This document shows, piece by piece, positions 37,232 to 46,726 of a stretch of DNA of 64,000 nucleotides. Where the stretch lies: assembly GCA_903831305.1 (NCBI GenBank), contig CAIKXE010000004.1, forward strand, positions 147,524-211,523, given 5' to 3'. Below the pieces are notes generated by a model. That model saw only the letters and a list, made by a program, of their open reading frames with translations. It searched no databases and was not told the origin of the DNA. How positions within the stretch are numbered: position 1 is the first letter of the stretch; every line of letters starts with the position of its first letter. A program made the translations under genes and the position numbers. The DNA comes from an uncultured bacterium. Lineage in GTDB: Bacteria; Patescibacteriota; Minisyncoccia; Phycocordibacterales; GWA1-40-21.

Positions 37232-39535
37232 TTAAAACTGCTTAGGATCTTCCGGTTCCTCAAAGCCGTTTTCATCAAGCTCTTTTTCCATATTTTCTCC
37301 GAGCATTTTGTCAGCGGTTTCCTCTAGATTGGCAGTATTGTTGTTTTCATCCGGAGTATTACCGATTAGTATTTCTCTTGGTTTGGCACCAGAACCAGGG
37401 CCAATCACTCCACGCTCCTCCAGTAGATCTATCAGGCGGGCGGCTCGGGCATAACCCACACTCAGCTTGCGTTGAATATAGGAAGTAGATGCCTTACCGG
37501 CTTTGATCACTTCTTCTTTAGCCGTTTCATATAGCTCGTCGTCATCCTCGATGTCGTCATTGATACCACCCTCAAATAAGACATTTTTATCTATGGCGGT
37601 TTCAGCAAAATTAATCTCTTGGCCAGGAATCTCATCTTGGTAGGATTCGGACAAGTATTTAACCACTTTCTTGACTTCTGTTTCAGAAATAAAGGCACTC
37701 TGAATACGGACGGGTTTAGACATCTCACCACCAAGGTAGAGCATATCTCCACAGCCGAGGAGCTTTTCTGCTCCGGTTCCATCTAGAATCGTGCGGGAGT
37801 CAATCTGGGATACCACCTGTAAGGCAATACGGGCGGGAATGTTGGCTTTAATCAAACCAGTGATGACATTTACGGACGGCCTTTGAGTGGAGAGGATCAA
37901 ATGTATTCCTACCGCTCGGCTCATCTGGGCCAGGCGGACGATAGAGCTTTCAAGCTCGCGGGGGTAGGTCATCATGATGTCTGCCAGTTCGTCTATCACT
38001 ACCACGATGAAAGGCATGGTTTCTGGTATCTCAAACTTGCTTTCGTCCTGGCCTTTTCCTTTGGCTTCTTTTACTTTTTGGAGAGCGGGGGTGAGAACAT
38101 TTTTGTGATAGGAATCAATATCTTTGCAGGCTCGTTCTTCTAGGATATCATAACGGCGGTCCATCTCTTTACCAGCCCATTTAAGAGCGAGGATGGTTTT
38201 TTTAGCATCAGTGATCACTGGAGTGAGGAGGTGGGGGATTTTGTTATATAAAGTAAGCTCCACGCGCTTGGGGTCAATCATTATAAATTTCAGTAGCTCT
38301 GGTGAATTACGGTAAAGCAGGGAAGTGATGATGGCATGTATAGTGACGGACTTACCTGAGCCGGTGGCACCAGCAATGAGGACGTGAGGCATTTTTCCTA
38401 GGCTAGCAAAGTGTGCATCACCAGATATCCCCTTTCCCAGAGAAACCAGGAGGGGTTTTTCTGATTCGCTGTATTTTTCTGAACTAAGAAGAGAAGCCAG
38501 ACCCACTAGTGTTTTTGTGGTGTTTGGTATTTCAATACCCACCAGGGATTTACCGGGGATTGGAGCTTCAATGCGGATCGGGTGGGCGGCTAAGGCATAG
38601 GCTAGGTTATCTTGGAGAGACACTATTTTAGAAAGCTTGACTCCTTCGGCGGGTTTTATAGCATAGCGAGTGACCGAGGGGCCGATGGTCACTTCATCCA
38701 TTTCTACATCAATACCAAACTTTTGCAAGGTCCTTTTTATGATATTGGCATTAGCCTTGATGTCCCCAGTGCCTGGCTTACCGCTATCATTAGCCAGAAG
38801 GGAAAGTGGGGGAGGGACGTACTCCTTGGCTCCAGGATTATTCCTCATGGCTATATCCATCTCATCTTCCTTGGCCTCAGTTTTTTTGGCGACGACGGGT
38901 TCTTTTAGTTTTACTTCCTTAACCTCTTCCTTTATCTCTTTTTTGGTTTCTTCCTCTTTTTCTACATCCTCCGCTATTTTATCTTCTTCTCCCTCCTGGT
39001 CTTCTTCAGATTTTTTAAATCGGCGCCAGAAGCATAGAGTGTCTAGAGTCAGCTCTGATTCAAAGAGAATTAAAATAGAGATTATGACCAAGGCACCCAG
39101 GATGATAAGGGTCGCGGTTGAGCCAAACAGCCAAATACCGAGTTTAGAAATTATTGCCCCTATGTTTCCACCATCGTGGGTCCAGTCCAGTAGTTTGGCT
39201 AATGTGCTTAAGATACCAAGTCCTGCCAAAAAAAGGAGCAGGGCTCCGGTGGTCTTTATCCCGCTAAATTCTTGGTCTTCTTTTTTTAGGAAGGAGATAG
39301 TGAGCATTATAAAAATAATTGGCAATAGATAATATCCCATACCAGAGAGCCAGGTCAGAGCGGTAAATAGTTTTTGTCCCACTGGTCCAAACAGGTCAAA
39401 AGAAGCCAGGATAAATAGGATTGCGAGGAGGAAAAAGGTAACAGCCAGTATACTATGTCTGGTCTCTTTTTTAAGTTTTTTTAGGGGGTTATCTGGTAGA
39501 GAAATATTTGCTTTAGCTTTATTTTTTTTGCTCAT
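37232..39535 (-). CDS. ftsK: DNA translocase FtsK/SpoIIIE
   Basis: N-terminal TMs, PHVLIAGATGSGKS, IDELADIM, TQRPS, gamma domain GYARAARLID; start probably MSKK at 39535. Confidence 0.97.
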   Translation of the reverse strand: MSKKNKAKANISLPDNPLKKLKKETRHSILAVTFFLLAILFILASFDLFGPVGQKLFTALTWLSGMGYYLLPIIFIMLTISFLKKEDQEFSGIKTTGALLLFLAGLGILSTLAKLLDWTHDGGNIGAIISKLGIWLFGSTATLIILGALVIISILILFESELTLDTLCFWRRFKKSEEDQEGEEDKIAEDVEKEEETKKEIKEEVKEVKLKEPVVAKKTEAKEDEMDIAMRNNPGAKEYVPPPLSLLANDSGKPGTGDIKANANIIKRTLQKFGIDVEMDEVTIGPSVTRYAIKPAEGVKLSKIVSLQDNLAYALAAHPIRIEAPIPGKSLVGIEIPNTTKTLVGLASLLSSEKYSESEKPLLVSLGKGISGDAHFASLGKMPHVLIAGATGSGKSVTIHAIITSLLYRNSPELLKFIMIDPKRVELTLYNKIPHLLTPVITDAKKTILALKWAGKEMDRRYDILEERACKDIDSYHKNVLTPALQKVKEAKGKGQDESKFEIPETMPFIVVVIDELADIMMTYPRELESSIVRLAQMSRAVGIHLILSTQRPSVNVITGLIKANIPARIALQVVSQIDSRTILDGTGAEKLLGCGDMLYLGGEMSKPVRIQSAFISETEVKKVVKYLSESYQDEIPGQEINFAETAIDKNVLFEGGINDDIEDDDELYETAKEEVIKAGKASTSYIQRKLSVGYARAARLIDLLEERGVIGPGSGAKPREILIGNTPDENNNTANLEETADKMLGENMEKELDENGFEEPEDPKQF

Positions 39536-39603
39536 TTGTTTTAAGATTATTTGTGTAATTATATCATAGTATATGCCAGTATTAAAATCCAAATAGATGT
39601 TTC

Positions 39604-39718
39604 TCTCCAATAAAAACATTTAAATTGTTTGTGTCTGGTTTTGAGACCGGTCCTGTTGCCTATAAAGGCCGGTCAAAAGACGCGAGGACCAAATAATTTG
39701 AATAGTTTTTATTGGGGA
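39604..39718. repeat. ~115-nt imperfect hairpin element between divergent ftsK and wHTH genes
   Basis: TCTCCAATAAAAAC/GTTTTTATTGGGGA, ATTTAAATTGTTTG/CAAATAATTTGAAT, inner GACCGG/CCGGTC. Confidence 0.65.
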
Positions 39719-39767
39719 TATTGTATTTACATCTTGATTCTGATGTAGCGTATTACGGTATTTACCC

Positions 39768-39802
39768 TTTACATTATTTCACTGTCCGTTATATAATGGA
39801 CA
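39768..39802 (+). promoter_or_regulatory. Promoter with a palindromic operator over its -10 box
   Basis: TTTACA-18 nt-TATAAT; TGTCCGTTAT/ATAATGGACA palindrome (one mismatch) at 39783-39802. Confidence 0.6.
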
Positions 39803-39926
39803 AAAGGTTTTTTCTAAAAAAGTCATATTTTTCTCAAAAGGACAGTGTTAAAGACACCTAAGAGACAGTAAACCTAGACTAGGCTTTGGGAATACCCAAG
39901 GTCGAGCCTAGGTTTACAACAACATC

Positions 39927-40664
39927 ATGTTAGACCAAAACAAACAACAGAATAGCCTTCATAGTACTGGTGTTGGCCAGTCTAATACAGCGACCTTGGA
40001 CTGCATATTTTTAAAGGACAATCCAAAGTCCGCTTATCAGTATAAAAAGACAGAGAAGTTAGTATCAGCCATATATCTACTTTCCAATTTTGTCTCAGAC
40101 AAAGAGCCCCTCAAATGGCAGCTACGAGAGACCGCTTTAGAGCTAGTTTCTGTCTCTTTTGATCAGACTAAAATTGTGCCGGTTATTCTTCGTCTTATGT
40201 CTATACTGCAGGTGGCCAGAATCAGCGGGATTGTCTCCGAGATGAATTTTAGTATCCTCAAGTATGAGTTTGATTTGCTGGCTAGGGCAGCTGAGGAAGG
40301 CGGTAACAGTGGTGCTCAGGGGGTAATCTTTCCAGATCATTTTTTTACAGTAGAAAAACCCACTGAAGACAATAGTAGTGTTAATTTTCCTAAAGGACAT
40401 CAGGTACTGTCTGATAGGTTGTCCATTAGAAATAGTCAGGATAATGTCCGGACTCAGGAGGTAAAACACCAGGATAAATCTAACAGACAGGATTTAATTA
40501 TTTCCTTATTACGTAAGAATAGTGAGCTCGGAATAAAGGACTTCACTTTGTCCATCAAGGACTGCAGTGAAAAGACTATCCAGCGAGAATTGGTCGCTCT
40601 AGTGTCTAAAGGACAGGTTAAAAAAGTGGGGGAAAAGCGCTGGTCTAGGTATAGCCTTAAATAA
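39927..40664 (+). CDS. Helical-bundle plus C-terminal winged-HTH (DeoR-like) DNA-binding protein
   Basis: C-terminal RQDLII..L....IKD...CSEKTIQREL..LV..G.VKK.GEKRWSRY; N-terminal helical region. Confidence 0.75.
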   Translation: MLDQNKQQNSLHSTGVGQSNTATLDCIFLKDNPKSAYQYKKTEKLVSAIYLLSNFVSDKEPLKWQLRETALELVSVSFDQTKIVPVILRLMSILQVARISGIVSEMNFSILKYEFDLLARAAEEGGNSGAQGVIFPDHFFTVEKPTEDNSSVNFPKGHQVLSDRLSIRNSQDNVRTQEVKHQDKSNRQDLIISLLRKNSELGIKDFTLSIKDCSEKTIQRELVALVSKGQVKKVGEKRWSRYSLK

Positions 40665-40820
40665 TAGGCCTTCGTCGAACCATCTTCCTTTGGAGGGGCT
40701 TTTGAGCCTGACTGAGGTGAAAACGGAGAATTTTTTTAGCAGAAAAAATTCGTACCAGGGATATGGATGTGGTGAGAAAGAAGGCTGGTAAGGATTGGCA
40801 GAAGAAATAGGGGAAAAGGG

Positions 40821-40926
40821 TTGCTTTTTACCCCATAATATGCTATCCTTTCCCCTGTGGATTATGGCTCTTTATTGAGTTATCCACAGCCCCTATTTTG
40901 CTTATTTCCTAAGTAAAATATATAAT
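40821..40926 (+). promoter_or_regulatory. Tandem sigma70 promoters with inverted DnaA-box-like pair between them
   Basis: P1 TTGCTT(40821)-17-TATCCT with extended TG; P2 TTGCTT(40898)-17-TATAAT(40921); TGTGGATTA 40856-40864 and TTATCCACA 40880-40888. Confidence 0.6.
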
Positions 40927-40932
40927 ACAGGG

Positions 40933-41514
40933 ACAAGTAGTGTTAGCACCATTTTGTGCTATACTATTTATACCTTATACGAGTGATCTTTGATAAATAA
41001 ATAGAGTCGTAAATCACTGAAATTTCTTTTTCTATTACGCTGTTATAGATTGAATTTCCTTTCCATTCTTATCACTACAATTTCGCTGTTCTTATGTCGA
41101 AATCTTGAGTGCTGGATACTTAAAACAAATATTTATTTTGCCCTTTGTGTTTGTTTTTGGTATCCAGTGCTTGAGATAATATCTGAGCACGAAATATAGT
41201 TTGAAATTATGATAATCATCAGTTTGATATTTTAAAGTGATTATCGGAAAGCGGAGGGTAACAAGCAGGTCAAATTATGTTTGTCATCTTTCGTGAAGGA
41301 TAAAAATATTTTTCTTTGTGAATCGTCAGATTCATCAAAGGAGGTTCGGCCAGTTTTTAGTCGAAACTATGCCGACCATTTCTTAATAAAAAAAATTAAG
41401 AAATGTAGTTTATAAAAATGATCTCTTCTCACATTATTAAATTTTATTAGTTAAGTAGAAGAAATCATTGACTCACTTCTTTACGGAAGGGAGATAATTA
41501 AAAAATTATAAATC
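40933..41514 (+). ncRNA. Putative ~580-nt structured leader RNA or ncRNA upstream of the major surface-protein gene
   Basis: No ORF of 60 aa or more; multiple nested stems with G-U pairs that work only on the + strand (41102-41119/41160-41177). Confidence 0.55.
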
Positions 41515-43569
41515 ATGTCTAAAAAATTATTGAGCGTCGGTATCGTTATGGTACTTGTCGCTGCAGTATTAGTCGGAGTTCCTGCTGCTAAGGCACAGAC
41601 CGTGTCTTGCGCAAACATTGACGCTATGTTGACAGTTCTCGGTATCACCGATGCTGCTAAGGTAGCTCAAGCTAAGTTGGCTTTTGGTTGCGGTGCTACC
41701 GCTCCTGCTGCTGCTTACACCTTTACTAGAGATTTGACCATTGGTTCAACTGGTGCTGATGTTACCGCCCTACAAACATTGTTAGGCGTTACCCCAGCTA
41801 CTGGTTACTTTGGTGCTATCACCAAGGCCGCTGTTGTTGCATACCAGACTTCAAAGGGTATCTCAGCTACCGGTTATGTTGGTCCTTTGACTAGAGCTGC
41901 ATTAAATGCAGGAGTCACTACCACCACCACAACCACAACCACTACCACTACTTGCCCAGCCGGTTATACTTGTACTTCAAATACTACAAGTGGAACTACT
42001 GGTTTGACTGGTGGAGCTGGTGATATTACTGTCACTGAAAAATCATCAGGAACAGAAAATGAGGTTCTCGAGGGAGCTACCGAGAAGGTTCTTGGGGTTC
42101 AAATCGAGGCTGAGGGTTCTGATATCTCCGTTACATCTATAAAGGTGGAACTGGAAAATGATGGTACTGGCTCACAAAGATTGAGCAAGTATATCGATAC
42201 TGTTGAAGTTGTGTTTGACGGTAAGGTTGTTGGTTCTGCTGATGCTAGCGATTTCTCTGAGAGTTCAGATGTATATTCAAAGAGCATCGCTTTGTCAGGA
42301 GTTGTCGTAGGTGAGAATGAAACAGGAAGACTTTATGTTTCTGTTTCATCTGTCGATAATATCGACAGCACTGATATAACTAATGCTTCCTGGGAAGTTG
42401 CCACTGATCAAATAAGATTTCAGGATGCAACCGGTGCTATCTTAACTAATACCACTGGTGAAGGAGTAAATGGTTCAATTACTGAAACAATTACTTTCAC
42501 TGATCTTCTTTCTTCTGGAAACGTTGAACTTAAAGTTAGCGAGGGTAATTCCGGTGTCAATGATACACACAATGTATCTGTTGATGATTCAAGCGACACA
42601 AACAACGTTGACGTTTTGAGCTTTAAGCTTAAGGCTGATGGCTCAGACATTGCTCTTCAGACTTTGTCATTTGGTGTCACTTCTAACAGTGGTACTGGTG
42701 TAACTGAAATTGCAAATGACTTCAGACTTATGATGGAGGACACAGAAGTTGGTACAGCTATATTAGACTTAAATTGTTCTGGTGGTACCAATGATGGGTT
42801 TGCTTCTACAACGGATGAAGCTATTTGTATTATTGTTAATAATCTAGATGATGATGATGTCGTCATCTCTGCTGGTGATACTGTTGATTTTACTTTGGTA
42901 GCTGATATCAATGATATTGACGGTGCATTTGTTAGCGGTAATGATTTGTCAGTTACTTTGAACGCAGACGTAACTCTGAGCTCAAATGGTCATGTTATCG
43001 CTGAGGATGAAAATGGTGATACTTTGACGACAGGTGAATTATCTGGTAGTGCAGACAGCACAACCATTAATTTCTTGTCAACTGGTATTTCTGTTACTGT
43101 AGTTAGTACTACAGCAGCTATTGATGCTGTTCAAGGTGATGTTGCAACTGATGACAAGGGTATCTACACTGTAGTATTTGATGTTGCTGCTATCGAGGAT
43201 GATGCTTATGTTGAATTAGGCTCAGCTACAAAGGGTGTTACAGAGAGCAATACTGGTGTAAACTTTGTTATGCAAGATACTGCAAGTGGTTATGCTGCCA
43301 CAAGCACTGGTGCTATTTCTCTATCAGAAGTTACTCGAGTAAGTGGAGGTACTCTAAGTGGAGAATTTGTTAAGATTGGAGCTGGCTCAACCGCTAGATT
43401 CCAGTTACAAGTTACCTTTGATCCTGCCCACACAACTGGTACTTCAGAAGGTTACAGAATGTATATGTACTCTGTAAACTCTGCTGCTTCAGCTGTAGAT
43501 GCTACTGCTCAACAGGTATTAACTCCTGAAGTAGATTACAGAACTGGTGCCAAGACAATTGGTAACTAA
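41515..43569 (+). CDS. Secreted S-layer-like surface protein with peptidoglycan-binding domain
   Basis: Signal peptide, PG_binding_1-like FTRDLTIGSTGADVTALQ..TGYFG.IT.AAV..YQ..G.VGPLTRAALN, poly-Thr and CPAGYTC linker, acidic beta-rich body, strongly biased codons. Confidence 0.8.
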   Translation: MSKKLLSVGIVMVLVAAVLVGVPAAKAQTVSCANIDAMLTVLGITDAAKVAQAKLAFGCGATAPAAAYTFTRDLTIGSTGADVTALQTLLGVTPATGYFGAITKAAVVAYQTSKGISATGYVGPLTRAALNAGVTTTTTTTTTTTTCPAGYTCTSNTTSGTTGLTGGAGDITVTEKSSGTENEVLEGATEKVLGVQIEAEGSDISVTSIKVELENDGTGSQRLSKYIDTVEVVFDGKVVGSADASDFSESSDVYSKSIALSGVVVGENETGRLYVSVSSVDNIDSTDITNASWEVATDQIRFQDATGAILTNTTGEGVNGSITETITFTDLLSSGNVELKVSEGNSGVNDTHNVSVDDSSDTNNVDVLSFKLKADGSDIALQTLSFGVTSNSGTGVTEIANDFRLMMEDTEVGTAILDLNCSGGTNDGFASTTDEAICIIVNNLDDDDVVISAGDTVDFTLVADINDIDGAFVSGNDLSVTLNADVTLSSNGHVIAEDENGDTLTTGELSGSADSTTINFLSTGISVTVVSTTAAIDAVQGDVATDDKGIYTVVFDVAAIEDDAYVELGSATKGVTESNTGVNFVMQDTASGYAATSTGAISLSEVTRVSGGTLSGEFVKIGAGSTARFQLQVTFDPAHTTGTSEGYRMYMYSVNSAASAVDATAQQVLTPEVDYRTGAKTIGN

Positions 43570-43613
43570 CTAATTTAGTTAAATCTGGTCTAATACGCCT
43601 TACAAAGTATTTC

Positions 43614-43641
43614 AAAAACCACCCCACAAGGGTGGTTTTTG
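43614..43641 (+). terminator. Intrinsic terminator
   Basis: AAAAACCACCC-caca-AGGGTGGTTTTT. Confidence 0.8.
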
Positions 43642-43687
43642 TGTTGGAACAATGTTCAAAATGTCTCAAATATTTTGGTCCATCAAT

Positions 43688-43732
43688 CTCCGCTTTAGAT
43701 AAGGCGGAGTGTCATTCTTATGACGAGGCGGT
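43688..43732 (+). repeat. REP-like element (family A)
   Basis: CTCCGCTTT-agat-AAGGCGGAGTGTCA-ttctta-TGACGAGGCGGT. Confidence 0.65.
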
Positions 43733-43901
43733 GTGATTTTACCTGTGGATAACTATTGTCGTTGCGTATTGATATGTTAATCTATTAAAGATATAATATA
43801 TAGGTGTCTTGTGTTTTATTATTAAAATATGAGGAAGTAATTTAGTCGATTATTTTTCCTTTTAAATTTATTTTATTATTAGCATTATTAATTTGTTTAT
43901 T

Positions 43902-46664
43902 ATGAATAAAAAACTTAGTTTATCTCTCGTCGCCTTGGTGCTACTTATCTCTGGTTTTATTGGAGCCTTTAAAGCCGAGGCGGCAATCAGCACCGTTACA
44001 GTCACTTCTCCTAATACAGCTGTATCATGGAGTGGAACCAATGAAATAACCTGGACCACTAGCCCCGCTCTTGATGCTGAAACGGTTAATATCTACTATT
44101 GTACGGGTGCTGATTGCGGTTCTAACATTTATACTGAAATTATTTCTGGTACGGCTAATGACGGTAGTTACCTTTGGAATACAGACCCAGCCGGAGGGGA
44201 CGCCGCTACTTATAAAATTAGAGTTGGTGCTTCATCTGAGCCGGTTTTAAGAGGGGATAATTCAGACGTGACTTTTACTGTTGATAATACCCACCCTACT
44301 ACGACAATCGGTTCTATTGATATTTCAGCTGACACAGGATCGAGTGCTACAGACTTTATAACACAAACCGCAAGCCAAACAATTACCGGTACCCTTAGTC
44401 AGGCCTTAGTTGCCGGTGAAATATTATATGGATCTGTAGACGGTGGTTCAAACTGGACTAATATTACAGCCAAGGCTACCAGTACTTCTCCTTACTTGGC
44501 TATAAGCTGGAATGGTGCCACATTGTCTGGAACCAGCACAATCAAAATGAAAGTTACTGATGCGGCTGGTAATGATGGTACCGTCGCCGAGCAAGCATAC
44601 ACCTTAGATACTACTGTTCCTACCATTACTTCTGTTACTGGTACCACTGTTGCAGGCGGTGGGGATGTAATTGTAATTAATTTTAGCGAAACTATTCATC
44701 CAGCTTCTAACTGGCCAGCGGCGTTTACCAGCATTACAAGTAATGGTGTATCTTTAGATTTTAGTAGCACAACCGGTAATTTTTCTTTTAATGGTGGTGA
44801 TTATGTAACCTTGACTCTATTAGAGAGTCCCACAAATACGGCTACTTATTTAAGAAACGGTAACACCATAGTAGTAACCCCTAAGATAAGTGAAATTCAT
44901 GATTTGGCTGATAATTATGTTGCCATTACCGCTATAACTAGTTCAGCCACTACCACTGGTGATGTCACTGCCCCAGCTGTGGCTTTAACTTATTCACCTG
45001 ATGCTACTACCTATAAGGCTGGAGATTCTGTCACTATCACCGCCACTTTTAATGAAGCTATTCATGAGGCCGTCTTACCAACTATCGCCATTGCGACCTT
45101 GGGAGATGGTAGCCAAGTAGCTACAAATATGTCTAGAACTTCAAATACTGTTTATACTTATGTTTGGACGGTGCCAGCCGGGGCGGATGAGAATGGAACA
45201 TCCACCGTCAGTATCATAGCTACAGACCTCGCCGGAAATGCTAATGCTACAGCTACAAATAATACAAAACAAGTTGATAACACTGCACCCGCTATTACTT
45301 CTGTTACTGGTACTACTGTTCAAGGGGGAGGAGACGTCATTGTAATTAATTTTAGCGAAACTATTCATCCAGCTTCTAACTGGCCAGCAGCTTTTACTAG
45401 TATCACAAGTAATGGCATATCTTTAGATTTTAGTAGCACAACCGGTAATTTTTCTTTTAATGGTGGTAATTATGTAACCTTGACTCTATTAGAGAGCCCA
45501 ACAAATACAGCTACTTATTTACGAAACGGTAACACCATAATAGTAACCCCTAAGGTAAGTGAAATTCATGACGTGGCAAATAACTATGTCGCCATTACTG
45601 CTACCACTAGTGCGGCAATAACTGGAAATGATACCACGGCTCCAGCTGTGGCCTTGACTTACTCACCAAACACTAATTCCTATGTGGCTGGTGCTGTTGC
45701 TACTATTACCGCCACCTTTGCGGAATCTCTCTTTGATTCAGTAGTTCCTCATATCGCTATTTCAACCCAGGGAGACGGGGATGTTTCCGCTGTTGATATG
45801 ACCAAGGTTTCTAATACTATTTATACTTATGTTTGGACGGTACCGTCTGGTGTGGACGAAGATGGATTAGCAACAATAACTATCTCTAATGCAACAGATC
45901 TAGCTGGTAATACTAACGCTACCGCTACCAATAACACCAAGACAATTGATGCTGTGGCGTCAATTGTAGATTCATTTACCGTTGAGGATATTACTTCAAC
46001 CGGTGGTACTTTGACAGTTCAGACAAATAAGATATCCACTTGTAACTATTCTAATGTAGATAGTTCATATGCCAGTATGTTGGCTATGGCCTCTACCACT
46101 AATGTCACTACCCATACCAAGATATTGACGGGCTTGACTCCAGGTACCCGTTATGATTACTATGTGCGTTGCCAAGATAACGCTCTAAATACCATGGTGA
46201 GTTCAGCTCACGTGTCTTTTGTCACTTCTGGTGGTACTGGTAGCTTTGGAATTGAGCGCGTGACAAATATTACTAATCAGACAACTGGTGGTGTCGCTGA
46301 TGGCACTTATCCAAATGGCTGGGAGTGGAAAATAAGGATTACTCTACCAACTGATCAAAATTACTTTGCTTTGAAGTTCAATAACTGGACCTCAGGTTCA
46401 AACACCTTAACGGCGGCTGGTAATATGAAATATTATTCAGAACAAATCGCCTCTGGCCCTGGTAGTTCAGCTGAATTAGCGGTTCCGTTTGCCACGGCCA
46501 ATACCTTTCCTACTAATCTAAGAGTTACCACTGATGTGGATCCATTTTTGCCAGGAATACAGACTGATGTTCACGTCATGGTAAAGCTTCCAAGTAATAC
46601 AGTAGCTGGTTCATATGGAACTAGTTATTGGGTAAACTATGAAGGCATATCAGAGCCACTATAA
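43902..46664 (+). CDS. Large secreted Ig-like (Big) repeat surface protein
   Basis: Signal peptide ending AEA, repeated D.AGN..D.T.P Ig junctions, Thr/Ser-rich, FN3-like L.GL.PGT.Y.YYVRC, internal duplication. Confidence 0.8.
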   Translation: MNKKLSLSLVALVLLISGFIGAFKAEAAISTVTVTSPNTAVSWSGTNEITWTTSPALDAETVNIYYCTGADCGSNIYTEIISGTANDGSYLWNTDPAGGDAATYKIRVGASSEPVLRGDNSDVTFTVDNTHPTTTIGSIDISADTGSSATDFITQTASQTITGTLSQALVAGEILYGSVDGGSNWTNITAKATSTSPYLAISWNGATLSGTSTIKMKVTDAAGNDGTVAEQAYTLDTTVPTITSVTGTTVAGGGDVIVINFSETIHPASNWPAAFTSITSNGVSLDFSSTTGNFSFNGGDYVTLTLLESPTNTATYLRNGNTIVVTPKISEIHDLADNYVAITAITSSATTTGDVTAPAVALTYSPDATTYKAGDSVTITATFNEAIHEAVLPTIAIATLGDGSQVATNMSRTSNTVYTYVWTVPAGADENGTSTVSIIATDLAGNANATATNNTKQVDNTAPAITSVTGTTVQGGGDVIVINFSETIHPASNWPAAFTSITSNGISLDFSSTTGNFSFNGGNYVTLTLLESPTNTATYLRNGNTIIVTPKVSEIHDVANNYVAITATTSAAITGNDTTAPAVALTYSPNTNSYVAGAVATITATFAESLFDSVVPHIAISTQGDGDVSAVDMTKVSNTIYTYVWTVPSGVDEDGLATITISNATDLAGNTNATATNNTKTIDAVASIVDSFTVEDITSTGGTLTVQTNKISTCNYSNVDSSYASMLAMASTTNVTTHTKILTGLTPGTRYDYYVRCQDNALNTMVSSAHVSFVTSGGTGSFGIERVTNITNQTTGGVADGTYPNGWEWKIRITLPTDQNYFALKFNNWTSGSNTLTAAGNMKYYSEQIASGPGSSAELAVPFATANTFPTNLRVTTDVDPFLPGIQTDVHVMVKLPSNTVAGSYGTSYWVNYEGISEPL
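44625..45950 (+). repeat. Internal tandem duplication with 669-bp (223 aa) period
   Basis: ATTACTTCTGTTACTGGTAC at 44625 and 45294; first ~300 bp near-identical. Confidence 0.9.
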
Positions 46665-46726
46665 TCAGCTAATTAGGATTTAAGCAGGGCTAGCCCAGTG
46701 TTAACTCTGCTAAAAATCTAAAAAAT

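Noticed and set aside
38670-39332. 220-aa ORF antisense to ftsK and other antisense ORFs in the track
   Set aside because: Shadow frames of well-supported genes, with no RBS or recognisable motifs.
40856-40930. Replication origin at the DnaA-box pair
   Set aside because: Only two boxes, no dnaA or dnaN nearby, and no evident switch in strand bias across the site by eye.
41916-41952. ACC/ACT/ACA trinucleotide run as a contingency (phase-variation) locus
   Set aside because: Mixed synonymous codons encode a poly-Thr linker, so slippage would not shift the frame.
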